From Desulfobacterales bacterium (lineage in GTDB: Bacteria > Desulfobacterota > Desulfobacteria > Desulfobacterales > JAHDSC01): a DNA stretch of 64,000 nucleotides. The notes below the pieces were generated by a model. It searched no databases, was not told where the DNA came from, and worked only from the letters and a program-made list of their open reading frames with translations. Positions 36,658 through 46,380 of this stretch are shown here, piece by piece (the stretch's first letter is position 1; each line of letters begins with the position of its first letter). Made by a program: the position numbers and the translations under genes. Location of the stretch: positions 13,664-77,663 of the forward strand of contig JAFGES010000064.1 in the NCBI GenBank assembly GCA_016931455.1, in the 5' to 3' direction.

Positions 36658-39419
36658 ATGGAAGATAAGAATCTTATTACCATTATCGTTGCTTTAGGTG
36701 TCGCGATTTTTTTGTGGGTGCTGACCCAAATATGCCAATTGGCCATGAAGGATGTATACAATTACCTGAAGGGATTGATAAAAAGAAAATCCCATAATAC
36801 AATCTCAACTAAATCCTCTGAAAACGATGTTCACATTCATCAGGGTGACGAAAAGGGTTGGGAAGAATCTAACCTAAAGCGTTACCTAAGGCGGCTTATT
36901 GCAAAATGTGATCCACTGGATCTTGCAGTGACGGAAGAGACATGCCAAACGTCTATCTCGGCGAATGATTTACCACCTATCCGGGTTTACCTCAAATACC
37001 CGGAACGTCGATCCGGTCAGTCGATAAAAGAAGCCATTGAACAAAGGGATAAAGAGGATGGTTTAAAAGAAGGAAAACAAATCCCTATCCAGGCCGTCGA
37101 GGCTACAGTCGCTGTTTCAAGGATGGTCATGCTCGGGCGGCCCGGGGGCGGCAAGAGCACCCTTGTCAATTATCTTGCCGCTCAGTTGGCCCAAAGACGG
37201 CTAGGCGAGCAGGAAAAAGAAGCTGGTTTGCTCGCCTGGCCTCCTGAAGATAAGCCGCTTCCGGTCAGAATTATTCTACGACAAATGGCTGCCTGGATTG
37301 GGGAAGAGGTGCAAAAAGGCACCGAAGGGCTTGTCTGGAGCTATCTGGAACACCTGCTTGGCGAATGGGGCTGTGCTGATTTTATATCTTATTGCAAACA
37401 TATTTTGGATGAAGAAGGCGGTATCATATTCTTTGACGGGTTGGATGAAGTGGGGGAGGCAGAAGAAAACCGCAAGCGAAGCTTAATCTTGCAGGCGGTG
37501 GAAGATTTTGCCAAACCATTGAAAAAGTGCCGTGTAATTGTGACCTGTAGAGAATATTCCTATAAAGAAAAAGAAAATGTCGGAGGTACACACTGGCGCC
37601 TGCCGGAGGCTGAATTTCCGGTAACCGAACTTGACTTGTTCCGGGATGAGCAGATCAAATCATTTTCACGTACCTGGTATCGGATCACGGGAAATCGAAA
37701 AGGGTGGGCTCCGGAAAAGTGTGATGCGGAAGCTAATGCTTTTTGCCAAGGCATTATGTCATCACCCAATCTCAGATCACTTGGGGAAAACCCGCTTCTT
37801 TTGACACTCATGGCTCAAATTCACGGTAGACTGGGATATCTGCCCAAGGACCGCGCAGATCTTTATGAGAAGGTGGTAAAGCTTCTGCTGGCACATTGGG
37901 AAAACCGAATTATCAGGGATGTCAATGGCACTTGTCGCATAGAACCTTGGATTGTCATGCGCCTGGGAGTGCCTGTCGATACGCTCAGGGTGCCCCTGGA
38001 ACGGGTAGCGATTTACGCCCATGAGCAGCAGGAAAATGCGCGTACAGACAAACTTACCTGCGCCGACATTCCTCGGGAAGATCTCCGAAGAGAACTGGCT
38101 GCAAACCTGAAAAATGATTTAAACAAAGCTGAAAAATTTATCGAGTATATAGAAAACCGCGCCGGACTTTTGCAGGCTGTTGATAACCGAATATTCAGGT
38201 TTCCGCACCGCACTTTTCAGGAGTATCTGACAGCCACCGGTATTATGCGAACAAGCAACCCTATAGACATGCTCATCGGACGATTGCGTCGTGATCCATC
38301 TTGGTGGCAGGAGGTGTTTTTGTTGGCCGCAGGTTCTACTCGCAACACACCGTTAAATATCTATTATCTTTTGGATGCGTTGTTGCCGGAAGATCCCGAT
38401 GCTGTTAATTTAACACCTGAAAATGTAAGAATGGCTGAAATTGCTGCCAGGGCGATTTACGAAACGGATTTTATGGATAGGTGGAAGAAGAAATTCGGGA
38501 TGATAAAGATAATGCCAAAAAATTTTCAAAAATTCATCGCCGAATTCAAAAATGGCTATCGACGGCAATGACCGCTGATACTGTGCTGACCCCCAAACAA
38601 CGCTGTGATGCGGGTAATGCGCTTAACTGGGTGAAAGATCCCCGATTCGATCCGGGCATATGGTATCTGCCGAATGACGAAAATCTGGGATTTGTGGATA
38701 TTCCAGCAGGTTCGTTTAAGATGGGAAGCGATAAAAATAGGGATTCTAAAGCCGCTGATAATGAATTCCCGCAACACATCGTTAAATTATCGTCTTATGC
38801 TATCGGCAAATATCCGGTTACTGTGGCTCAATACCGGGTGTTTGCCGAAGAGACAGAACGCAAATTGGATGAAAATTGGCAAAAATACAACCGCTACGAT
38901 AACCACCCCGTTGTGAAGGTTAACTGGCCTGATGGCATGGCCTATTGCAAGTGGATGACCGGTAAAATGAATAACATGGGGAAAGCCTGGATCATCACTT
39001 TGCCGACCGAAGCCCAATGGGAAAAAGCGGCCAGAGGAAATGACGCATGGATATATCCGTAGGGGGATGAACCGGATCCCAATAAAGCAAATTATGATAA
39101 AACAGGCATCAATACGACTACTCCGGTAGGATGCTTTTCCGGCGGAAAAAGTCCGTATGAAGTTTTGGATATGGCGGGCAATGTATGGGAGTGGTGCCGG
39201 GACTGGTATGCTAAAGATTATTATTATAAAAGTCCGGAAAAAGATCCTATCGGTCCCGATGATGGCGGGAACCGGGTCGTACGCGGCGGCGCGTGGTACT
39301 ACGATGCCGGGTACTGCCGGTCGGCGTACCGCGACGGGGACGTCCCCGACTTCCGGGACGGCATCTACGGGTTCCGGCTTGTTCGCCTTCCAGGTCAGCC
39401 TGGTGAGCCAAGCAAGTAA
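36658..39419 (+). pseudogene. Second NLR-like gene (N-terminal TM helix, NACHT, helical region, FGE-sulfatase domain), disrupted by a frame change within 38478-38571 and an in-frame TAG at 39060-39062
   Basis: Track pieces 36658..38571, 38481..39062 and 39165..39419. Walker A GRPGGGKST and Walker B IIFFDGLDEV. The FGE domain is split exactly at the conserved YPWGDE motif (reads YP*GDE, so TGG became TAG). The last two pieces share one frame. Confidence 0.7.
39264..39395 (+). other. Candidate DGR variable region VR-2
   Basis: Sister of 36366-36497. It retains A at more of the variable sites (TAC, GAT, TAC, GAC, GAC, GAC, ATC). Confidence 0.55.
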
Positions 39420-39441
39420 AGTGGGGGATGCGTAGTGCGGA

Positions 39442-39505
39442 ATCGATTGAATCATCCGTACGGAGCACTTCGGGACGAAGGCGGAGTCGGATGATTCATA
39501 TCGAT
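39442..39505. other. Long imperfect inverted repeat (17-18 bp arms, one bulge) enclosing a nested 5-bp hairpin, 47 nt after VR-2
   Basis: ATCGATTGAATCATCCG ... CGGATGATTCATATCGAT. The loop contains CTTCG-gga-CGAAG. Confidence 0.6.
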
Positions 39506-39636
39506 GGAGCACGGAGCATCCCGGTGTTCGGGAATCCAGTCGAAACACTAATTTACGGCAGCCGACGAGTGCCTGAAAATTTGATAAACGAATAATGATG
39601 AAACAAGGCAACAATAGAACAAGGAGGTAAAGGGTT

Positions 39637-40341
39637 ATGGAATTCAATGAATCCGTAAAAGAAATCATAAAACAGACACACGATGTCAAAAGTTTCAGGT
39701 TTAAAAGACCGTCAGGTTTTGATTATAAAGCCGGGCAATACATGTTCATCACGCTCAATATTCAGGGCGAAAAAACGCGCAAACCGTTTACCATCTCAAG
39801 CAGCCCGACTGAAAAAGCCCATCTGGAATTTACGAAAAAGCTCACCGGACATGATTTTTCAAATGCGCTCGATGCTCTATCCGTCGGTGATTCATTAGGT
39901 ATAGACGGTCCTTACGGGGAGATGACCTTTGAAGGGGAATACGATAAAATCGCCCTTCTAAGCGGAGGCATTGGAATTACTCCGATGATGAGTATCTGCA
40001 GGTACTGCACCGACCTGAAACTCGGAACCCAGGTAACTCTGGTAAGCAGTAATAAAACCGAGACAGACATTGTTTTCAGGGACGAACTTGAAAAAATGCA
40101 GGTGCAGAACAAAAACCTGAAAGTGGTGCATACCTTAACGCGCGCCGGAGATGACTGGAAAGGCAGCCGGGAGCGTATCAGCGCGAACCTGATAACCACG
40201 CAGATACCGGATTACAAGGAGCGCATGTTCTATCTATGCGGTCCCCCAAGGATGATGGAAGCCATTGAACCGCTGATGAAGGAACTGGGGATACCGGAAG
40301 AGCGTTTTAAAAAAGAAATTTTCAGCGGATATCAAAATTGA
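39637..40341 (+). CDS. Ferredoxin-NADP reductase-like FAD/NAD(P)-binding oxidoreductase
   Basis: RKPFTISSSP (the RxYS-type FAD motif), GGIGITPMMS (NAD binding) and LCGPPRMM. Confidence 0.8.
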   Translation: MEFNESVKEIIKQTHDVKSFRFKRPSGFDYKAGQYMFITLNIQGEKTRKPFTISSSPTEKAHLEFTKKLTGHDFSNALDALSVGDSLGIDGPYGEMTFEGEYDKIALLSGGIGITPMMSICRYCTDLKLGTQVTLVSSNKTETDIVFRDELEKMQVQNKNLKVVHTLTRAGDDWKGSRERISANLITTQIPDYKERMFYLCGPPRMMEAIEPLMKELGIPEERFKKEIFSGYQN

Positions 40342-40466
40342 CGGGCTAAAGGGAATCGACTCGGACACCTGCGGGAATGGGCCACTTATTTTGGTAACCG
40401 ATATTTCTTACATCCACAACCAATAAACACCGGCCTTCACATTCAAACCCGGTGAGCCTATCCATA

Positions 40467-41006
40467 TTATAAGCTGTTCATAACAAAAGTTTCTCCCAGA
40501 ATTTCAACCAGCTTATGGGTGCGATTGCGAAGGCGTTGTGAAACGACCTCGTACAATCTTGAAATAATCATATAGCCCAGTAAGGCGTCCTTATCGAACA
40601 TGGCTTTAAGATCGGCAGATGAAATGGAAAAAACCTGGGTCGGTTTGGTGCAGCGTGCGGCTGCTGTTTGATGCCCGCTGGTTAATAAGGCGGACCAACT
40701 GAAAATATCACCCGGACCGATCGTATCGACGGTAATCGGTTTTTTTTCTATCAGCAATCGATCCATTACACCTTTATTAGTACTGGATTCAATTGCCGAC
40801 TTCAGGACCTTATATTGAAACGTGAGTGTCAACTCCACTTCACCCGATAAGACCCCGTAAAGATTTTCAGCCGGCTCATCTTCCTTGAAAATCAAATCAT
40901 TTGTTTCAAAGTCGATAAGCCGGCAGCATTGAGCAATAGATGCCAGCTGATTTTCGTCGATCCCCGAAAAAATTGAAAAATCTTTTAATAGATTGGTGTC
41001 CGGCAT
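40467..41006 (-). CDS. Cyclic-nucleotide-binding domain protein
   Basis: cNMP-binding beta-barrel pattern (FKEDEPAENLYGVLSGEVEL...GPGDIFSWSALL). Confidence 0.7.
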   Translation of the reverse strand: MPDTNLLKDFSIFSGIDENQLASIAQCCRLIDFETNDLIFKEDEPAENLYGVLSGEVELTLTFQYKVLKSAIESSTNKGVMDRLLIEKKPITVDTIGPGDIFSWSALLTSGHQTAAARCTKPTQVFSISSADLKAMFDKDALLGYMIISRLYEVVSQRLRNRTHKLVEILGETFVMNSL

Positions 41007-41116
41007 TTTCCTTTTCCTCTCTTATTAAAATCGAAAATTAAGCCCCCTAGTTTTTACCAGGGGGCTCTAAGGCTTTAGTTGAACGGAAAGTCATCATTTA
41101 AGTACCTATGACAGCG

Positions 41117-42082
41117 TCAGCTTTTCCCCGGCAGCCGAATGCATTCGGAGACGATCTGCTCCATGAGGCTGTACGGATTTTCTTTATTGCTCAAAATCGC
41201 CTCGATCATTTTATCCATTCGGCCGTTTTCCGACAAATGCTTCTTGATGATACGAAACAGTTCATAATGAATCATCTGCAAAGTTTCCTGTCGGGTTCTT
41301 TCACGCCGTTTTTCCAAAAGCGACCCGGTTTCCACCTGGTGATTTCGATGAGACGTTATCGAATCCAACAACTCGGAAATTCCAATATCCTCTGTGGCAA
41401 CCGTCTGAATGATGGGCGGGGTCCAGGCTTTTTTTTTGAAATACGAATCCTGTGAAAGCCGATTGGTGACTTCGGCACAAAGCTGGTGAGCACCGGGAAG
41501 ATCAGACTTGTTGATGGCGTAAATATCGGCAATTTCCATCACACCGGCTTTCATGCTTTGGATCACATCGCCTAAACCCGGGACTAAAATGAGACACGTG
41601 GTATCGGCAATCCGCATGACTTCGACTTCATCCTGGCCCACACCCACGGTCTCGATCAGAATGATATCTTTCCCCGAGGCTTGCATGACCTTGACAACAT
41701 TTCCCGTGGCCTGAGATAAACCCCCTAGAAAACCACGGGTTGCCATACTTCGGATGAAAACGCCCGGATCATTGGTGAGCTCACTCATCCGCACTCGATC
41801 CCCGAGGATCGCGCCGCCGGTGAAGGGACTCGTCGGGTCGACCGCCACAATACCCACTGTAAGTCCATTGGAACGAAAATGATGGGTCAATTTATCCGTC
41901 AGAGAGCTTTTGCCGGCGCCGGGAGCACCTGTTATCCCCACCACATAAGAGTTTCCGGTGTGGGGGTAGAGCTTTTCCATGCAGGCTTTGGCGCGCTCAT
42001 CATCATTTTCCAACCAGGTAATCACCCGAGCAACTGCTCGCGGGGAACCTTTGAGGACTTCTTCGGCATAATCAATGGTCAT
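41117..42082 (-). CDS. meaB: Methylmalonyl-CoA mutase-associated G-protein chaperone (MeaB/ArgK)
   Basis: GITGAPGAGKSSL P-loop, VAVDPTSPFTGGAILGDR and IETVGVGQ motifs. Confidence 0.85.
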   Translation of the reverse strand: MTIDYAEEVLKGSPRAVARVITWLENDDERAKACMEKLYPHTGNSYVVGITGAPGAGKSSLTDKLTHHFRSNGLTVGIVAVDPTSPFTGGAILGDRVRMSELTNDPGVFIRSMATRGFLGGLSQATGNVVKVMQASGKDIILIETVGVGQDEVEVMRIADTTCLILVPGLGDVIQSMKAGVMEIADIYAINKSDLPGAHQLCAEVTNRLSQDSYFKKKAWTPPIIQTVATEDIGISELLDSITSHRNHQVETGSLLEKRRERTRQETLQMIHYELFRIIKKHLSENGRMDKMIEAILSNKENPYSLMEQIVSECIRLPGKS

Positions 42083-42202
42083 TGTTTTTCCGTCCTTTTT
42101 ATTTTTTAATTACTCCTCATTTCATAAAATTCACGACGCCTTGACTGAAACTTCTTATTTTGCCGTCTAATTTTGAATTTTTACGAGTTCATCAAAAAAT
42201 TT

Positions 42203-42601
42203 TCAGGAACGAACATTTTTTTTGATAAAATCTACAATTTCATCCGTTTTGGTTCCCGGACCGAAAATTTCAGCGATCCCCGCTTTTTTCAGATCGGGGA
42301 TGTCTTCCTTTGGAATGATGCCGCCGCCGACGATAAGCACATCATCCAGGCCTTTTCCCTTCAACGTTTTTACGACCATTGGAAAAAAATAATTGTGAAC
42401 GCCGGAAAGGCTGCTCAAGCCCACGACGTCCGCATCTTCTTGAAGCGCGGTTTCGGCGATCATCTCCGGCGTCTGTCTTAAGCCCGTGTAAACAACTTCC
42501 ATACCGGCTTCCGCAAAAATACGGGAAAGGAGTTTAGCCCCCCGATCATGTCCGTCGAGGCCCGGTTTTGCAACGATTATTTTTATCTTTTTCTCTGCCA
42601 T
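42203..42601 (-). CDS. Methylmalonyl-CoA mutase, small B12-binding subunit
   Basis: [14 protein letters not shown] (the DxHxxG cobalamin-binding motif) and GLSSLSG. Confidence 0.85.
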   Translation of the reverse strand: MAEKKIKIIVAKPGLDGHDRGAKLLSRIFAEAGMEVVYTGLRQTPEMIAETALQEDADVVGLSSLSGVHNYFFPMVVKTLKGKGLDDVLIVGGGIIPKEDIPDLKKAGIAEIFGPGTKTDEIVDFIKKNVRS

Positions 42602-42620
42602 GGCAAGTTACCTCCGTTTT

Positions 42621-44300
42621 TTAAATAAATTCTTTGGGTCGATACTCACCAAAAACATCACGCCAGACATCACAGACTTCTCCCACTGTGGCCTTTGCCT
42701 TTACAGCCTCGATAACCGCCGGCATGACATTTTCGTCCGTTTTGGAAACTTCGCGCAGATGATCAAGAGCCTTTTGCCATGCTCCCTGATCGCGTTCGGC
42801 TCGAAGTTTTTTCAGTTTTTCAGCCTCGATTTCACCGAGGGCCATATCTACCTTGAGGAGATTTTTGGGCGGTTCTTCCTCCATCGTGTATTTGTTGATG
42901 CCGACATAGACTCGATCACCGGATTCGATTTCCTTTTGAAAACGGTACGAGCTGTTCTGGATTTCTTTTTGAATGTAGCCTTGATCAATCGCTGTTAAAG
43001 TTCCACCGATTTCATCGATTTTTTTGATATATTCATCGATTTCGGCTTCGATTTTATCCGTCATTTCTTCTATCAAATAACAGCCGGCAAGCGGATCAAT
43101 GGTCAAGGTGGCACCGCTTTCTTCCGCAACGATTTGCTGGGTTCTCAGGGCGACCGTCACCGCTTCCTGGGTGGGAAGGCAAAGGGCCTCATCATAGGAA
43201 TTGGTATGCAGGGACTGACATCCGCCCAATGCCGCTGCAAAAGTCTGCAGACCCACGCGAACGATGTTGTTTAAGGGTTGTTGGGCGGTGAGCGTTACGC
43301 CTCCGGTTTGCACATGATAACGCAGCATCATGGAACGAGGGTCTTTGGCGCCGAAGCGTTCCTTCATCACCTTGGCCCAATAACGTCGTCCGGCCCGGAA
43401 CTTGGCGACTTCTTCAATGACATTGGTAAAACAATTAAAGAAGAAGCTTAAACGTCCGGCAAATTTATCGACATCCATTCCGCGTTCAACACAGGCTTGG
43501 GCGTAAGCGATGCCGTCCGCAATGGTAAAGGCCATTTCCTGCGCGGCGGTAGATCCTGATTCGCGGATATGATAACCGCTGATGCTGATACTGTTCCAGC
43601 GCGGGACCTGCTTTTGGCAAAATTCTATCAGGTCTACGGTTAGACGCATAGTCGGCTTGGGAGGATAAATATATTGCCCCCTGCATATAATTTCTTTCAG
43701 AACATCGTTTTGAATGGTGCCGCCGACTTTATCCCACGAAACCCCTTGTTCTTCGGCAACCGCTAGATACATGGCAAGCAGCGCGGTGGCAGGGGCATTT
43801 ATCGTCATGGAGGTGGTAACCTTATCTAAAGGAATCTGATCAAAAAGAACCCGCATGTCCTCAATAGAATCAATTGCCGCTCCCACTTTGCCGACTTCAC
43901 CCATCGAGAGCGGATGGTCACTATCATATCCTGCCTGGGTGGGAAGATGGAAAGCGACACTTAAGCCGGTTTGACCCTGATCCAAAAGGTATCGATAACG
44001 CGCATTGGTTTCTTTGGCACTCCCAAAACCGGCATACTGACGCATGGTCCAGTATCGGCCGCGGTACATCGTCGGCTGAACGCCGCGGGTATAAGGATAT
44101 TCACCCGGGTAGCCGAGTTGATTATTATAATCCAAATCAGCCACTTCAAGCGGAGTATAACAGCGCTTGTAGGGAATGCCGGAGATGCTGGTAAATTCTT
44201 TTCGTTGTTCTCCTCGTTTACTTAACGTTTTTTCGAGGGTTCCTTTTTCCCATTCCTCTTTCTTCTGCTTGATTTTTTCTAATTCATTTTTGTCAAACAT
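42621..44300 (-). CDS. Methylmalonyl-CoA mutase, large catalytic subunit
   Basis: YPGEYPYTRG, TMRQYAGFG, LSVAFHLPTQ.GYDSD and other canonical MCM motifs. Confidence 0.9.
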   Translation of the reverse strand: MFDKNELEKIKQKKEEWEKGTLEKTLSKRGEQRKEFTSISGIPYKRCYTPLEVADLDYNNQLGYPGEYPYTRGVQPTMYRGRYWTMRQYAGFGSAKETNARYRYLLDQGQTGLSVAFHLPTQAGYDSDHPLSMGEVGKVGAAIDSIEDMRVLFDQIPLDKVTTSMTINAPATALLAMYLAVAEEQGVSWDKVGGTIQNDVLKEIICRGQYIYPPKPTMRLTVDLIEFCQKQVPRWNSISISGYHIRESGSTAAQEMAFTIADGIAYAQACVERGMDVDKFAGRLSFFFNCFTNVIEEVAKFRAGRRYWAKVMKERFGAKDPRSMMLRYHVQTGGVTLTAQQPLNNIVRVGLQTFAAALGGCQSLHTNSYDEALCLPTQEAVTVALRTQQIVAEESGATLTIDPLAGCYLIEEMTDKIEAEIDEYIKKIDEIGGTLTAIDQGYIQKEIQNSSYRFQKEIESGDRVYVGINKYTMEEEPPKNLLKVDMALGEIEAEKLKKLRAERDQGAWQKALDHLREVSKTDENVMPAVIEAVKAKATVGEVCDVWRDVFGEYRPKEFI

Positions 44301-44616
44301 AAATTACCTCCTTCAAGCTAGTTTTTTAACTATCCTTTGTACCATCAAATATTACAAACAAAGACGACCTATTTCGGATCTCAGTTGTAAGCATCAATAT
44401 AATTCTCAATTTTTAACGGGAAGGGCGTTTTCAGCTTCTTAGAAGGAGGATGGCATAAAGGATATTTATAAGATATGTGAATAATTTTTAAATCTTGCCA
44501 TCCACGTCTACTAAATCGATAACAATGAAGGAATGTATTGTCAAGATAAAATTAAATACAATAAAATTTAATATATATAATTCAGCAAATATATTAATTT
44601 AAATAATTATCTTTAG

Positions 44617-45147
44617 TTAATTAATTTTTATTAATTTTCCTTCAATCCGATAGAGATTTGCGCGTTTGACATAATCTTCGGCGGAATAATTAATTTTATC
44701 CATTACATCCTTATTGAAAGTCTGTTTGATTTTTCCCGGAATACCGGCAAATAATGAAAACGGCGGGACGGTTGTATTTTCTAAAATTACTGATCCGGCC
44801 GCAATGATACTGCCGCAGCCGATACTAGAACCGTTCATGACAACCGCGCCCATGCCGATGATGCAATTATCTTCTATCGTGCATCCATGAATGATGCAGC
44901 GATGACCAATCGTCACTTGGTTGCCGATAGTGATGGGTAGTCCCGGATCGGCATGTAAAACCGTAATGTCTTGAATATTTGATCTGTTTCCAATCGTAAT
45001 CGATTCAGCGTCCCCTCGGATAACGCAATTGAACCACACCGAAGAATATTCGCCGATGACGACATTACCGATAATCGATGCTGTCGGCGCGATATAAGTG
45101 GTCGCATGGCAAATCGGTTGTGAATTTTCAAATTTAAAAAACGTCAT
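44617..45147 (-). CDS. Gamma-carbonic-anhydrase-like / hexapeptide (LbH) transferase-family protein
   Basis: Preferred start is ATG 45147 (MTFFKFENS...). YIAPTASIIGNVVIGEYSSVWFNCVIRGD and HGCTIEDN hexapeptide turns. Confidence 0.8.
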   Translation of the reverse strand: MTFFKFENSQPICHATTYIAPTASIIGNVVIGEYSSVWFNCVIRGDAESITIGNRSNIQDITVLHADPGLPITIGNQVTIGHRCIIHGCTIEDNCIIGMGAVVMNGSSIGCGSIIAAGSVILENTTVPPFSLFAGIPGKIKQTFNKDVMDKINYSAEDYVKRANLYRIEGKLIKIN

Positions 45148-45344
45148 TTTTTTTAATCCTTGATATTTAATTGATTTCTTAAATTTAATAAAATATGATT
45201 TTAATATATTAATTGAATTATAATTCAATATGTAGATATATTGAACCGGTCCTTTCTCTTTTTAAAGTTTAACCTATCCAATTATATTCACAAGTTCAAT
45301 TTATAAACCGTCAAATGATCAAAGTGTTTTATTGCGTTTGAAAT

Positions 45345-46331
45345 TTGAACCTTGAAAGTAAATTCCAAATGGAGGTGTTTGTGAAATTAAGCAATGATAC
45401 TGTGAAAGCATGTAAGGACGGCTTTGAAACGCATACCCGATATCGAAAACAACTTCCCGGCGTAATCCGAAAAATCGTTGAAAGTTGTAAGGACAAGCAG
45501 TGTTTTGAACACATCGGCGCTCAATTGATCCCATCACGACAGTCTGTCATCGAAATTATTTTTCGAATTCGGGAGATTCTTTTTCCCGGATACTTTAATA
45601 CAACGGAGAAATTGGATTCCACGAATCTGTACTATCAAACGGGACGGTCTGTTGATATGTTGTTTGAAATTTTTTCGGAACAAATGACTCTCAGTTTTAA
45701 GCATGATTGTCTCCGTTACGATCAGCCCTGTGTTCAGTGCGTGAAATTGGGTTATGAACAGGCGCTTAAATTCCTTGAATCGATTCCCGAAATTCGGCAA
45801 GTATTGGCGACGGACATACGCGCCGCATATGAGGGAGATCCGGCGGCAAAAAGCTATGATGAAATTGTTTTTAGTTATCCGGGCATTTTTGCCATCATGG
45901 TTTACCGAATTGCGCATCAATTATTTCAACAGGAAGTTCCCCTCATCCCTCGAATTATGTCTGAATACGCTCACAGTGTTACCGGCATTGATATTCATCC
46001 GGGAGCACAAATCGGAGAAAGTTTCTTTATTGATCACGGCACCGGTGTCGTCATCGGGGAGACAAGTTCAATCGGCAAAAACGTGCGTATTTATCAAGGG
46101 GTCACATTAGGGGCGTTATCGCTTCCAAAAGATGCCGGAGATCTCTTGCGGGGCAGGAAACGTCATCCCACGATCGAAGATGAAGTTATCATTTATGCAG
46201 GTGCCACGATTTTAGGAGGTGAAACGATTATTGGGACGCGGTCTGTCATTGGAGGAAATGTTTGGATAACCGAATCCGTATTACCGGATACCCGGGTGAT
46301 ATTGGAAGCTCCGCGTTTAATCTATAAGTAA
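45345..46331 (+). CDS. cysE: Serine O-acetyltransferase (long form)
   Basis: [12 protein letters not shown]...YPGIFAI..YRIAH...[26 protein letters not shown]. Confidence 0.85.
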   Translation: MNLESKFQMEVFVKLSNDTVKACKDGFETHTRYRKQLPGVIRKIVESCKDKQCFEHIGAQLIPSRQSVIEIIFRIREILFPGYFNTTEKLDSTNLYYQTGRSVDMLFEIFSEQMTLSFKHDCLRYDQPCVQCVKLGYEQALKFLESIPEIRQVLATDIRAAYEGDPAAKSYDEIVFSYPGIFAIMVYRIAHQLFQQEVPLIPRIMSEYAHSVTGIDIHPGAQIGESFFIDHGTGVVIGETSSIGKNVRIYQGVTLGALSLPKDAGDLLRGRKRHPTIEDEVIIYAGATILGGETIIGTRSVIGGNVWITESVLPDTRVILEAPRLIYK

Positions 46332-46380
46332 AAATCGTCTGCAGAAACATTTGTTCATATCACAACATCAGGAGGATGAA

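Noticed and set aside
39060-39062. The in-frame TAG as pyrrolysine or programmed read-through
   Set aside because: The position corresponds to the invariant Trp of the YPWGDE motif, so a TGG-to-TAG mutation explains it. I noticed no pyl genes or PYLIS-like context in the window.
38787-39689. 300-aa minus-strand ORF spanning the FGE region, the intergenic hairpin and the start of the oxidoreductase gene
   Set aside because: It is antisense to a motif-rich FGE coding frame, crosses an intergenic region, and has no recognisable domain.
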